Assembly (NCBI GenBank): GCA_052327205.1
Contig: CM126203.1
Coordinates: 224,440,001-224,504,000 of the forward strand
DNA from: Somniosus microcephalus
Lineage: Eukaryota
Length of the DNA: 64,000 nucleotides
Direction of reading: 5' to 3'
Position numbers and translations under genes: made by a program. Positions 25,061-39,150 of the stretch are shown in pieces. The stretch's first letter is position 1; the number at the start of each line of letters is the position of its first letter. The notes below the pieces were generated by a model that had not been told where the DNA came from, did no database searches, and saw only the letters and a list, made by a program, of their open reading frames with translations.

Positions 25061-26457
25061 GTGCTACCACAAAACAGTTTCAGAATCTGATGAGAGACAA
25101 GATTTAGTATCAAGATGCCAATTCTGCACATTGAAGACAAATATTGAAGTCTGAACTTTTGAGAATTGTGTAGTGGTACTACTTTCTTTGGTCTTGTTAC
25201 CCTGAGCATGCTTTGCCAATGAATTTACCTTGTAATCTAAGAAGACAGCAGTGTTTAAAAAGGAAATCCAGTGTTGGGAAACAAAAAGCTAGAGGTCAAG
25301 AGGGAGTATAAGCTGTAAGGTTGTTTGGTTTTGATTTTGTGAAGCTTGCTTCAGTTTCAAAAACAGCTAAAAGGGGAGATATTTCAGGGTCTGAACCCAG
25401 TCGATCTCCTAGACTTGTTAAATATTGGAACCTGCCGAATTTTCTTTCTACTTAAATTAATGGAGAAAAATCGGGCAAGGTTCTTTGAAGGTGTTCACTC
25501 CGACCCACCCAACTTTCTGATAGTTGCTGCACCTAGGCGATCCAGCGCAGCTGGGCACAGATCCTGGAAAATCTCCTCTAAAGTTTCCTCTACCCTATTC
25601 CTGAACAAGACACCTTGACTAGTCAGTCAACAAGAGCCCACCTAGGCTCCAGGATTTACCTCATAGTCTTGCTTTCTTTGGGAAACAAGGACTGAATCCC
25701 ACAGCTTCTGCAATGAAGAACTATACAGCTGCTTGTCATATGAACATGAAACAGCTGTGACAGTGGACTGGCATAGGCTTAAACATGGATTGGAGAAAAA
25801 GTCCATGAGTGTGTACTGTTCAACAATAGACTGTTGATACACTAACAACCATGGAAAGGAAGCTGAAGGGAGAGACAAAGAAGCACACAATGGTTCAAGT
25901 GATTTGCGTCTACCGGTGCTGGTTGTTGAAAGAAAGTATTGATGTTATACCTCTGATCTCAAATTAGGTTCGGAGGGCCATTTGATGTATCTGTGCTATC
26001 CCCGGTGACCTGGCCAATATTGTAAGCTGCTATACACGTAATAAAAACTGCTGCTACTGTGTGGAGATTGAAATTGTGAACGAATTGTGAGATAAAAACG
26101 GACGATTCAAAATGGATGAGATCAGTGTGTAATCCTTTGTTTGTAAGACCACATGGGCAGGGGGGAACACAGGGTAAAGAGGAAGTCCCACCCTCCACAC
26201 ACATCACAGGGACATGAGCATATCATGCAGAAGGAACACCAATCAAGGGAAGTTGGAAGTGAAACTGACCTATCCGAGGGAGGCAGCTGGAAAAGACATG
26301 AGGGACCCATGCATGAGAACATCATAAAGGGAAGAGAAAAAGGCGCGAAAACTCAGAACAAAGGAAGCTATTTGACTGGCCAGTTGACTTCTGGAGCCTA
26401 CCACCAAGTCAGACTGATCCCCCGAGGAGGAGTGTATGTATGAAAGTCAGAAGTGGA

Positions 26458-26616
26458 GCATATATATTGCTGAGGTACTTCTATGTATGCTTGACTTATT
26501 AAACTGTAGGGCATATAAATTGCTGGGGGTACTTTTCTGTATGTACAAATTAATAAAATATAGGGCATATATATTGCTAGGACACTTTTATGTATGCATG
26601 AATTAATAAACTGTCG
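26458..26616. repeat. Three ~53-bp tandem units
   Basis: gcatata(t/a)attgct...actt.t.tgtatg...tta(t/a)taaa.t repeated three times. Confidence 0.75.
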
Positions 26617-26715
26617 TGTGATTAAATACCATTTTTATTGATAACAAGCTTATCTGTCATTGTTATGCTTATTTGTAATTCTCGAGGTCTGAACGGTAGT
26701 AGGAGAAAGTCCTAC

Positions 26716-26930
26716 AATATTTATCCCTGAATCAACATCACTAAAACAGGTTGTCTGGTCATTATAACATTGCTGTTTGTGGGAGCTTGCTGTGTGCATT
26801 TTGGTTGCCACATTTCCTACATTACAACAGTGACTACACTTCAAAAGCACTTCATTGGCTGTAAAGCGCTTTCAGACGTCCTGAGGTTGTGAAAGGCGCT
26901 ATAGAAATGCAAGCCTTTCTTTCTTTTCTC
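26716..26930 (+). mobile_element. Deu-domain SINE 3' part (SacSINE1/AmnSINE1-like)
   Basis: ttgctgtttgtgggagcttgctgtg...cctacattacaacagtgactacacttcaaaag...gaaaggcgctatagaaatgcaag, recalled as the DeuSINE 3' region. A degenerate minus copy lies at ~63343-63510. Confidence 0.75.
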
Positions 26931-27218
26931 ACTGTACGGACCTCTGAACCAGTGGAAAGCAGTGACTTGGACATATTGCAATCTACAGAGCAGGTAATTC
27001 AGAAATAAACCAATAACATGAGCAAGGGGTATTTCAGTTCTTAATTAAAATATGAGAAATCAAACTTTAGGAAGTTTGCAGAAGATTCACAAACACATAA
27101 TAAAATACTTAAAAGCTGTAAGTAAGAAGCTGAAGCTGAAAAAGCAAGGACTGACATGTCATCTCTGGTACATATAATATAGAAACTTTTGCTTTTAGCG
27201 TCTAATCAAAGAACAAAG

Positions 27219-30200
27219 CATAAGAACATAAGAAGTAGGAGCAGGAGTAGGCCATACGGCCCCTCGGGCCTGCTCCGCCATTCAATAGGATCATGGCTGA
27301 TCCGAACCTAGACTCACGTCCACTTCCCTGCCCGCTCCCCGTAACCCCTAATTCCCTTATCAGCTAGGAAACTGTCTATCTCCGTTTTAAATTTATTTAA
27401 TGTTGCAGCTTCCACAGCTCTCTGAGGTAGCAAATTCCATAGATTCACTACCCTCTGAGTGAAGAAGTTTCTCCTCATCTCAGTTTTGAAACGGCAGCCC
27501 CTTATTCTAAGATTATGCCCCCTAGTCTCACCCATCAGTGGAAACATCCTCCCCGCATCCACCCGATCAAGCCCCCTCACAATCTTATATGTTTTGATAA
27601 GATCACCTCTCATTCTTCTGAATTCCAATGAGTAGAGGCCCAACCTACTCAACCTTTCCTCATAAGTCAACCCCCTCATCTCCGGAATCAACCGAGTGAA
27701 ACTTCTCTGAACTGCCTCGAGAGCAAGTATATCTTTTCTTAAATATGGAAACCAAAACTGTACGCAGTATTCCAGGTGTGGCCTCACCAGTACCCTGTAT
27801 AACTGAAGCAAGACTTCCCTGCTTTTATACTCCATCCCCCTTGCAATAAAAGCCAAGATTCCATTGGCCTTCCTGATCACCTGCTGTACCTGCATACTAA
27901 CCTTCTGTGTTTCATGCACCAGGACCCCTAGATCCCTTTGTACTGTAGCACTTTGCAAGTTTCTCTCCATTTAGATAATAACTTGCTCTTTGATTTTTTC
28001 TGCCAAAGTGCATAACCTCACACTTTCCAACATTATATTCCATCTGCCAAATTTCTGCCCACTCACTTAGCCTGTCTATGTCCTTTTGCAGGTTTTTTAT
28101 GTCCTCCTCACTCACTGCTTTCCCTCCCATCTTTGTATCGTCGGCAAACTTGGATATGTTGCACTTGGTCCCCTCCTCCAATTTGTTAATATAGATTGTA
28201 AAGAGTTGGGGTCCCAGCACTGACCCCTGCGGAACACCACTAGTTACTGATTGCCAACCCGAGAATGAACCATTTATCTCACCTCTCTGCTTTCTATTAG
28301 ATAGCCAATTTTCCACCCATGCCAGTATGTTACCCCCAATCCCGTGATTTTTTTATCTTGTGCAGTAATCATTTGTGTGGCACCTTGTCAAATGCCTTTT
28401 GGAAGTCCAAATACACCACATCCACTGGTTCCCCTTCATCCACCCTGTTTGTTACGTCCTCAAAGAATTCGAGCAAATTTGTCAAACATGACTTCCCTTT
28501 CATAAAACCATGCTGACTCTGTCCGATTAAATTATGCTTATCCAAATGTCCTGTTACTGCTTCCTTAATAATGGACTCCAACATTTTGCCAACCACAGAT
28601 GTTAGGCTATCTGGTCTATAGTTTCCAGCCTTTTGTCTACCTCCCTTTTTAAATAAGGGCGTTACATTAGCAGTTTTCCAATCTGCTGGGACCTTTCCTG
28701 AATCCAGGGAGTTTTGGAAAATTACCACCAATGCACCCGCAATCCCTACCGCTACTTCTCTCAAGACCCTAGGATGTAAGCCATCAGGCCCAGGGGATTT
28801 ATCCACCTTAAGTCCCATTATCTTATCGAGTACCATCTCCTTAGTGATTTTAATCGTGTTTAGCTCCTCCCCCCCATAGCCCCCTGTTTTTCCAGTGTTG
28901 GGATATTTTTAGTGTCCTCTACTGTAAAGACTGATACAAAATATTTGTTCAGCGTTTTGCCATCTCCACGTTCCCCACTACTAATTTCCCGGTCTCGTCC
29001 TCTAAGGGACCAACATTCACTTTAGCCACCCTTCTACTTTTTATATAACTGTAGAAACTCTTGCTATCTGTTTTTATATTTTTGGGTAGTTTACTTTCAT
29101 AATCTATCTTCCCTTTCTTAATTAATCTTTTAGTTATTCTTTGCTGGCTTTTAAATGCTTCCCAATCTTCTATCCTCCCACTAGATTTGGCTACTTTATA
29201 TGCCCTTGTTTTCAGTCGGATACTATCCTTTATTACTTTACTTAGCCACGGATGGCTGTCTTTTCTTTTACGCCCCTTTTTCCTCAGTGGAATATATTTT
29301 TCTTGAAAGTTGTGAAATATCTCCTTGAATGTACACCACTGCTCATGTACCGTCTTACACCTTAATCTATTTTCCCAGTCCACTTTAGTCAACTCTGCTC
29401 TCATACCTTCATAGTCTCCTTTATTTAAGCTTAGTACGCTGGTTTGAGATCCAACTCTCTCGCCCTCCAACTGAATTTGGAATTCAACCATGTTATGGTC
29501 ACTCATTCCAAGGGGATCCTTTACTAGGACATTTTTTTATTAATCCTGTCTCATTACACAGGACCAGATCTAAGATTGCCTGCCCCCTGGTTGGTTCAGT
29601 AACATACTGCTCAAGGAACCCGTCCCTAATGCACTCTATGAACGCTTCCTCAAGGCTGCCCTGCCCAATTTGATTTGTCCAGTCAATATGAAAGTTAAAA
29701 TCCCCCATGATTATAGCTGTTCCCTTATTACAAGCCCCAACTATTTCCTGATTTATACTCCGACCAATAGAGTTGCAACTGTTAGGAGGCCATTAGGTTA
29801 TGCCCACTAGTGACTTTTTTCCCTTATTATTCCTTATCTCCACCCAAACTGTTTCACTATCCTGATCCTTTGACCCAATATCATTTCTCACTATTGCAGT
29901 GATTCCATCCTTTATTAACATAGCCACCCCACCTCCCTTTCCTTCCTGTCTGTCCTTCTTAATAGTCAAATACCCCTGGATGTTTAGGTCCCAGTCATGG
30001 TCACCTTGCAGCCATGTTTCTGTAATGGCCACCAGATCATACCCATGTGTAGTTATCTGTACCATCAACTCATCTATTTTGTTATGAATGCTGCGTGCAT
30101 TCAGATAAAGAACTTTTAAATATGTTTTGTGACAATTTATTTCTGCTTTTACCCCCTTTACTACTTTACCTTTATCTTTATATATTCTGTCCCTTCCTGA

Positions 30201-31620
30201 CACGCTCTGGTTTTTAATTCCCCCACTGCTACCTTGCTCTATTGCCTTCTCTGCTGACATTTTTATTTTTTGCTCTCTTGAAACCTCCCCCCCCACTAAT
30301 TAGTTTAAAGCCCTCTCTACAGCCCTAGTTATTCGATTCACCAGGATCCTAGTCCCAGCACTGGCCAAGTGAAGTCCGTCCCAACGGAACAGCTCTCTCC
30401 TGTCCCAGTACTGGTGCCAGTGTCCTAAGAAGCAAAACCCATTTCTCCCACACCAGTCTTTGAGCCACGCATTTAACTCTCTGATTTTATTTACCCTAGC
30501 CAAATTTGCTCATGGCTCAGGTAGTAATGCAGAGATTATTACCCTTGTGGTACTGCTTTTTAATTTGGCCCCTAGCTGCTCATACTCCCTCAGCAGAACC
30601 TCTTTCCTTGTCCTATCTATGTCGTTGGTACCAACATGGACCAGGACAACTGGATCCTCCCACTCCAAGTTTCTCTCCAGTCCAGAGGAGATGTCCTTAA
30701 CCCTGGCACCGGGCAGGCAACACAGCCTTCGGGACTCTCGCTCTCGGCTGCAAAGAACCCTATCTATTCCCCTAATGCTACTATCCCCTACCACTACAAC
30801 ATTTCATTTTACTCCCCCCACTTGAATGGCCCCTCGTTCCACGGTGCTGCGGCCAGGTTGCTCATCCTCCCTGCAGTCCCTGTTCCCGTCCTCACAAGGA
30901 GTAAGAGCCTCGAACCTGTTGGACAAGAGCAGGGCTGCGGCTCCTCCAACACTACCTCCTGGATCCCCGTACCTGCCTCACTCATAGTCACACCCTCCTG
31001 TCCCTGACCACGGACTACATCTGAATTAGTTAATCTAATTGGTGTGACTACTGCCTGGAACACAGAGTCCAGGTAACTCTCCCCCTCCCTGATGTGTCGC
31101 AGTGCTTGAAGCTCGGACTCCAGCTCATTAACACGGAGCCAGAGTTCCTCGAGCAGCCAGCACTTACTGCAAATGTGATCACTGTGAACATCAATGGTGT
31201 CCACCAGCTCCCACATATTGCAGCAGTAACACATCACCTGCTCTCCCATTCTATGTAATTAATTAAATTTATTGTTATTATTTTTAAATACCCTCTGCCT
31301 CTATTCTAGATGATGAATATCACACCTCTATTTAATTGAACTTACCAACTTATAAAGGTTTAAAAGGGAAGGAAAAGTACTCACCAACCAGCCAATTACC
31401 TACCAGCTTGGCTGTGATGTCACTTTTGAATTCTGGCCTCCCCTTGGAATGTTGCCTGTGGAGCCTGTTTAGGCTGCCTCACCTCGCTGCTCTGGCTCGA
31501 CTCAACACCCGCTGCTGCTCCCAGCTGCCTCGACTGGGCCTCGCCTCTCTGCTCCTCCTCCGCGATGTCTGCTAATCCTGAGGCCAAACTCTCACGGCAC
31601 TCTCTGCTACTCGCACTCAG
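27219..31620 (-). mobile_element. Near full-length CR1 LINE (defective), same sense as gabra2
   Basis: ORF1 with zinc finger (CYCC...HICSKC) and SGNH esterase (VGDSSIRG, CCLPGA, HVGTND, DGLH). ORF2 endonuclease (YLNARSI, AITETW) and RT in frameshifted pieces. Tail at 27219. Confidence 0.93.
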
Positions 31621-33310
31621 TTTTTTAAATTCTTTCATGGGATGTGGGCATTACTGGCAAAGCCAGCATTTATTGCCCATCCTGAAGATCCCTTGAGAAA
31701 GTGGTGGTGAGCCGCCTTCTTGAACCGCTGCAGTCCGTGTTGTGAAAGGCTGTTAGGGAGGGAGTTCCAGGATTTTTGACCCAGTGATGATGAAAGAACG
31801 GCAATATATTTCCAAGTCAGGATGGTGTGTGACTTGGAAGGGAACTTAGAGGTGGAGGTGTTCCCATATGCTTGCTGCCCTTGTCCTTCTAGATGATAGA
31901 GGTCGCGGGTTTGGGAGGTGCTGTTGAAGAAGTCTTGGCGAGTTGCTGCAGTGCATCTTGTAGATGGTACACACTGCAGCCACACGTTGCACTGGTGGTG
32001 GAAGGAGTGAATTTTTAAGGTGGTGGATGGGGTGTCAATCAAGAGGGCTGCTTTGTTGTTGAGTTTCTTAAGTGTAGTTGGAGCTGCACTCATCCAAATA
32101 AGTGGAGAGTATTTCATCACACTCTTGACTTGTGCATTGTAGGTAGTGGAAAGGCTTTGGGGAGTCAGGGGATGAGACACTCGCCGCAGAATACCCAGGC
32201 CTAGAAATTGAGTGCCCTTAGCGCCGATTTTGCGGCGCTAGAGGGCCTAGCGCTGCAATTGGCGCCGGCGCCGAAATTGCCTGGGACCCTTCCGCCGCGG
32301 TAGACCGGTAGCGCTGCGCCGGCACCGATGACGTCATCGGTGTGCGCAGCGTCCCGGTTGCCATGCCGACGGGCCCCAGCGCCGAAATTCAGTTGCGGCC
32401 GCCTCGCCCGTGGCAGCCGCAACTAAGACTCTGGCAACAGAGTCTTACAAGTCTTTGCGCCGGCGCATTAAAGGCCCCGCGGCGGCCGGCCGCTTTCCCG
32501 CCGGCCGCCTGGCCGCAGCTCCCTCCCCGGACTTCCCCCCACCCCCCCCCCCGGAACAGAAGCAAGCCCGGCACTTGTCCGAGGTGCCGGGCTCATTTTT
32601 AAAAAGATTTTCGCGGGCCGCGGCCGGGTGCAGGCAGCTCCTCCTTAAGGGAAGGAGGAGGCCTGCACTTCCCGAGCCTGCCGCACCGCATCGGGTGCCG
32701 CAGCGCCGGAATTGCGGCGCGAAACGGCAGTTAGCGCCGATTTACCGCCGCAAAGACCCTTCAGTAGCGCCGGCAGCCGTTTGGGCGCGGCCCTGCTGAA
32801 TTTTTGGCGCGCGCAGGGGGACTTAGCGCCGGCACTAACTTCCGGCGCTAAAGCCCTGGCTAAGCCAAAACTCAATTTCTAGGCCCCAGCCTCTGACCTA
32901 CTCCTGTAGCCACAGTATTTATGTGGCTGGTCCAGTTAAGTTTCTGGTCAATGGTGACCCCCAGGATGTTGATGGTGAGGGATTTGGCGATGGTAATTCT
33001 GTTGAATGTCAAGGGGCAGTGGTTAGACTCTCTCTTGTTGGAGCTAGACATTGCCTGGCACTTGTGTGGCATGAATGTTAACTGTCACTTATCAGCCCAA
33101 GCCGGAACGTTGTCCAGGTCTTGCTGCATGCAAGCATGGACTGCTTCATTATCCGAGGAAGTGCAAATGTAACTGGACACTGTGTAATCATCAGCGAACA
33201 TCCGCACTACTGACCTTATGATGGAGGGAAGGTTATTGATGAAGCAGCGGAAGATGGTTGGGCCTCGGACACTGCCCTGAGGAACACCTGCAGCAATGTC
33301 CTGTGGTTTA
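31621..33310 (-). mobile_element. 3' part of a different CR1/L2-group LINE, split by a MITE
   Basis: ILGVTIDQKLNWTSHIN and YNAQVKSVMKYSPLIWMSAAPTTL, WNSLP, A-rich tail at 31621. Confidence 0.75.
32198..32885. mobile_element. GC/CpG-rich MITE
   Basis: TIR ggcctagaaattgag / ctcaatttctaggcc with 3-bp TSD CCA. The host LINE rejoins across it. Paralogue at 61948-62645. Confidence 0.9.
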
Positions 33311-33315
33311 GATGA

Positions 33316-34834
33316 TTGGTGAACTTCTGTTCAATAGCAGAGAGAATGGAGGAGTCCAATTATAATTTGTGCGGGGTATTTGCGCACAGCATCCAGGCCA
33401 TGCAGCCAACCATGGAGCGAGTGGTCAGCCCTATGAACACTACAGTGGGACCCACAATGATGGAGCCTCAGGTGGCGACTGACAGCTTCGATGAAAGCTA
33501 AGATTGTTGCCATCTTGACTGGGTTCCAGCATGTCCTCTGGCTTACAAAGTGTGAAGGACAGCATTGATAGGGGTTTTGAGAGCATGTCATCAGTACAGC
33601 ACTGTTTTCATGCAGAAGCAGCAGGAGTGCTGAGGTGCAGCCCCATGAAAGTGGCAATGGTGCCATGGGAGAGGCAGTTGCTGTCCTTTCTCAGGATGAT
33701 AGCATGCCTGCTCCCCTGCTACACTCTCAACTAGTGTCCTTGTTGGTGCCTTACAGCCAGCTGGGCTTTACTGCCTGGCTGCCAGCAAGATACTGCAGCT
33801 TAGCCCACTACAGCCATTTTACGGTTGTGAATCTTTGGAATTATCTACCCCAAAGGGCTGTGGATGCTGAATCATTGAGTATACTCAAGGCTATATTTCT
33901 GGACTCTTGGGGAATCAAGGGATATGGGGGTCGGGTGGGAAAGTGGAGTTGAGGTCGAAGATCAGTCGTGATCTTATTGAATGACGCAGCAGGCTCGAGG
34001 GGCCAAATGGTCTACTCCTGCTCCTAATTCTTATGTTCTTATGTTATGAGGAGTTCTCAATAGAAGTTCAGCAGCCTGCCATCTCCCTTGCTGTAGCCAC
34101 TGGGGATGCGCCTCGTAGGAGCACTAGAATAGGTCAACAAGCACACAAGATAGGCACTCGAGCTTTGCACAAGGTTGATTTTTAGTTCTCTGTGTTCAGT
34201 CTAAACAATTGTCAAATGAAGAGTGATGAAGTATCTTTGTAAAGTAAACATTTTTTCCTTGGATTGCTGTTGGCCTTGATATCTTACTCATGTGAAGGCA
34301 ACACTCATAAAGAGAGCATTGAGATGGTAGTTGTGAGGACTGGGCTAGGTGGATGGCGGGACAATTGCTGCATTGGGGGGGGGAGGGAACATTCAGGAGA
34401 ATGTCTCATCAATGAGTTATTGCCTGAGAGCTCTGGAAGCACTGCTGGGCCTTGCTCTTCCACTGCAGCCTCCGCTTCCTGATCCCCTTCTTCCTGCTCA
34501 TCAACATCTTCCTCCACATGTGGCTCCCATCATGCTCGCCCCCTGCTTGGCAGCCTCCATTCGGAAGGTGATGAATTCCTGGCACCTAGCCTATTGCCTA
34601 CTTAATTGCAGTGTGCACAGCTTGAGAGAGGTTACTGATATCACCTGCTGGATGTTGGAAGGAGTCCAATGCACAAAAGTTCAGGGCCACAGTCATCTTC
34701 AGAGCCACAGGCAGTGCTGTGGATGCCCTGGTGCTAGGCTGCAATTCTTGGTTGAGCAGGTTGCAGAGATCAGTCACTGCCTCCCTGGAGAACTAGAGCT
34801 GCCTGATCCACTGCTCGTCTATAAAGTTGAGTTA
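33316..34834. mobile_element. Harbinger remnant: Myb-gene C-terminal part (+) and deleted transposase (-)
   Basis: 33316-33500 resembles 47983-48420. The minus strand gives FSREAVTDLCNLL...ALPVALKMTVALNF (HARBI1-like N-terminus) and an acidic tail. A CR1 tail is inserted at ~33820-34048. Confidence 0.75.
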
Positions 34835-37800
34835 TGTAATGTATTATCACATGGTTTTGTACAAGCCTGCTCAGTTTGCCCTGGCCTAATAAACAAGCAC
34901 ATGGACTGGCAACTCATCATGTCACTGTCCCTCATTTGATCTACCAAAAGCCATTTTTAGGGATCATGGAAGGATGCAGTGTTCAAGCTTCGAGTGAACA
35001 AGTTTAAGGTGAAGTTGTGGCACCTAAACTGAAATTTTGCGATGTTTTGCAGTTAATGCTCTGCAGAATTGTCCGTGCTTTGCCGTCGCGTGTATGTATA
35101 CACAGCATCAGTGGCGTTGATTCTCACAGGTACACAGGTAGCGTGCTGAGTCACTGTTCGATGGGATCGGGACAATCATGGCCGCACCAATGGGATTCAT
35201 CGGAAGCCTCGGCATGTATGACCGAGCTTGCAAACCATTCAGTTCTTACATTGAGCTGGTGGAGATGTCTTTTAGGGCCAATGACATTATTGAGACCGAA
35301 GGTACAGATGAGAATGTTCAAGCTCAAAATAAAGCAATTCGTGAGCAGAAAAAAGCAATTTTTCTAATGGAGATCGGGCTAGATGTCTACAGAATGTTGA
35401 CAAACCTACTCGTGCCAGGGAAAGCAAAGGATGCGTTGTTTGAAGACATTGTCGCAAAACTCAAGGGCCATTTCGACCCAAAGCCATTAGAAATAGCAGC
35501 GAGCTATAAGTTTGGTACCAGAAACCAAAAACAAAGTGAAACCATCAGTGAGCACATTGTAGCTCTTAAGAACCTGTCTTTGCATTGTAACTTCGGCACA
35601 TTTTTGGATCATGTGTTGCGAGATATGTTTGTGGACTGGTGGATGAGTGCACACAGTCCAAGTTACTGAACACTCCGAACCTAACGTTTGACATAGCATG
35701 CAAAATTGCCCTATCTATGGAGATGGCATCTAAGAATGCTAGGGAGCTCCGTCCAACTCAAGTGACTAGTGCAGCTGAGGTCTACAGTCACAAAGCCATC
35801 GCTGAACCTACAGCTGTGAGACCAAGTCAAAAGCCTGTCGGTGAGAGCAGTTCAGCGAATTGTTATCGCTGCAATGGAAATCACTCATGACAGTCCTGCC
35901 AATACAGAAATGCAACATGTTTTCACTGCCAGATGCAAGGCCATATTTCAACAGCTTGCAGAGCTAGATCTAAAGCAGGAAGTAAGAACCATTCTGGAGG
36001 CAACGCAAAGCAGCAACAACAAAAGGGAGGAATTCACAATATTGAAATGAACACACCTGATGCTGAAGAACTAGGCATCTACAGTATCTATGCCACTAAC
36101 GGCAGCATTCACAGTTGTGAGAAAGACTTTTATACAGATCAACGAGCAATATATTGAGATGTGTATTGACACAGCGGTGGACTGCTCTATCATGAGTAAG
36201 GACACATATAAGAGTAAGTTTAATCAAGTACCACTTACAAAGACAACGCTGGCCCCCTATGCATTGAAAAGCCAGGTGGAGGAAGAGCTAGTGAAGCTCA
36301 GAGAGAATGGAGTGCTTGTAAAAACCGACAAAAGTCAATGGGCCACCCCGATTGTGATAGTGCCGAAAGCAGACAAAACTGTATGCTTGTGCGGTGACTA
36401 CAAAGTTACTATCAACCAAGCAGTTGACAAGCAGTTTACCCATTACCTACATCGCAAGATTTGTATGTAGCACCCTCAGGGTCAAAGGTCTTCTCCAAGC
36501 TTGACCTGTCGCACGCTCAGCTGAATGTTGACAAAGAGGGTCAACAGTATCTCATCATCAACACACATAAGGGACTGTTCTCATACACCAAGCTGCCATA
36601 TGGTGTAACGTCCCCCCCAAAAATCTTCCAGGCTACGATGGATAAGATTTTGTAAGGAGTGCCAAATTGCTTATGCAATCAAGACGATGTGTTGATTGCA
36701 GCAAGCAGCAAGGAAGACAATGGAGAAGTGTTAGATTTAGTGCTTCAAAGGTTGAGTTCCCACAATGTCAAATTGAAAAGGAGAAAATATGTTTTTGTGC
36801 AGCCTGAGGTTGTGTACCTTGGTCTGAAAGTTATTTCCTTTGAATGGTTCAGTATTACCTGTGTTTCTTACCTGAGTTAATGATCATGTTAGCTCCATTG
36901 CATGAGCTCCTCAAGAAGGATGTCCAGTGGAAGTGGAAGAAAGCGCAACAGGAAGCTTACGACACTCTACTTGCGCACTACAACACGGAGCGTGAGCTTG
37001 TTAGCGTGTGATGCTTCTAGCTATGGTGTGGGAGCTGTCACAAGCCACATAATGGATGATGGCCAAGAGAAACTAATTACGGTTGCATTGCCAAACCTCA
37101 CAAAGAGTGAAAGAAACTACGCACAAATTGAAAAGGAAGCACTCGCCATAGTGTTTGGAATCAAGAAATTCCAATAGTCCCTGATCGGCAGAAAGTTTAC
37201 CCTGATAACCGATCACAAACCGCTCCTAGCAATATTGGGGCCCAAATCTGCCATCCCTGCAATGGCCGCATTGAGACTGCAATATTGGGCTGTGTTGTTG
37301 TCACAATATGACTACACGATTGAATATCGCACTTCAAAGCAAAACGCAATCGCAATGCCTTGTCCAGATTGCCACATGAGGACTAATGTATTGGGAGTGA
37401 AGGTGCGATCTTCACGCTAGGTGCAGTTGACAAAGATTTTCCTATGACTGCAACTGAGATTGCAGATGAGACTCAAAAGGACTCAGTACAGAAAAGAGTG
37501 TATGAAAACACCTTGAATGGATGGACTGATTAGTGTATGGACACAGAATTGAAACCATTCCATAACCGTCGCACTGAATTGTCTTGTGAGCAAGGTTGTA
37601 TCAAGTGGGGAAACAGAGTGGTGGTGCCTACTTCTTTGAGAGATAGAATTCTGGCTGAATTTCATACTGAACATCCAGGGATCGTCAGTATGAAATCAAT
37701 TGCAAGAAGCTTTGTTTACTGACCTGGATTGGACAGTGGTCTTGAATCACTTGTCAGCAAATGCAGTGTATGCCAAAATTGCAAGAACCAAACCATCCAA

Positions 37801-38365
37801 AACTCCACTACAACCTTGATCATGGCCAAGTAGACCTTTTCAGAGAATACATGTACACTTCTGTGAGAAAGCAAATGATTATTGTCTGCTACTTGTAGAT
37901 AGTCACTCAAAGTGGATTGAAGTGAAACACATGGGCTAAAATTTTCCTGTTGCTGTGCGGGTGGGTTTGGAGGCGGATCAGCTGTAAAAATAGCTAAAAT
38001 AGGCAGCGTGCCGGGAACCCGCTGTCATCCTGCCTCTTCGTGCCTTTAACTTGGGCGCGTTTGCCAGTGCGCCATGGACCCGATCAGGAGAGGCGGGCGA
38101 CCTAATTAAAGTCATTAAATCATTGTTATCAGGCTCTTAACAGGGTTTTTAACTGCAGTTTCTGAATTTAATGGAATGAGCACAGGAAGCACGCAACTCG
38201 GGAACCTCGCCTGTGAAGGGGAGGCGGAGGTTCGGTGGCCATTGAGCGAGGGCAGTAATTGGCAACTGGGAATAGCAGATAAATAGACAGACCTTACACC
38301 TCATTGTTTGCCGAAGGGAAAGGTTGTTGATGACTCTATTCTGTGCACAGATTTAAGTTTCTGGA

Positions 38366-38956
38366 ATAACAACAGAAAATGCTGGAAAAGCTCAGCAGGC
38401 CAGGCAACATCTGTGGAGAGAGAAATAGAGTCAACGTTTCAGGTAAAGTGCCTCATCTTCTAATTAGGCACTTTACAGCCTTCCGGACTCAATATTGAGT
38501 TCAACAATTTCAGATCATAACCTCGGCCCCTATTACATTTTTATATATTTTTTATCCACACCTTTGTTTCTTGCCCTTCCCCCTTTTTTCTCTCTCCCAC
38601 ATGACAGCTGTCTCTCATTCTGCCAGCGCATTTCACACTACACACTGCATCCATTTAATAAACATCTAGAGCCGTCTTTTGTCTCTTTACTAGTCCTAGC
38701 ACCATCTCGTCTCGTCTTGAATACCTCTTATTGTCTCTTCACTTCTCTTTTGTTCTTTCATCCCCATTTCCCAGCCCCCAAACTGGCCTTTTAATCTGTT
38801 TCATTTCCTGTGTTTTTTCTCAGTCCTGAGGAAGGGTTTCGACCTGAAGCGTTGACTCTATTTCTCTCTCCACGGATGTTGCCTGGCCTGCTGAGTTTTT
38901 CCAGCATTTTCTGTTGTTATTTCAGATTTCCAGCATCCACAGTATTTTGCTATCAC
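38366..38956 (+). mobile_element. Penelope-like element fragment with inverted 5' segment
   Basis: GIY-YIG C-terminus (LGTLQPSGLNIEFNNF), pseudo-LTR, inverted copy at 38366-38443, 13-bp TSD ttaagtttctgga / ttaggtttctgga. Confidence 0.85.
38822..38857 (+). ncRNA. Minimal type I hammerhead ribozyme motif (core mutated GAAA>GAAG)
   Basis: agtc-CTGAGGA-agggtttcgacct-GAAGC-GTT-gact. Confidence 0.6.
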
Positions 38957-39150
38957 TTAGGTTTCTGGAGTTTGGAGGTCATTTCTGCAACCTCAGAAGC
39001 CACTCTCACCACATTGCTACTCACTATCACAACATTGAGGGATTGTCCCTCTGATTGCTACTTGACCTGCCATCTACTACATCAGCATTGTTGCCACTTA
39101 TACTGTCTCACCTTGGACCTCAGAATCGGACCAAGATGAGCACCACCATC

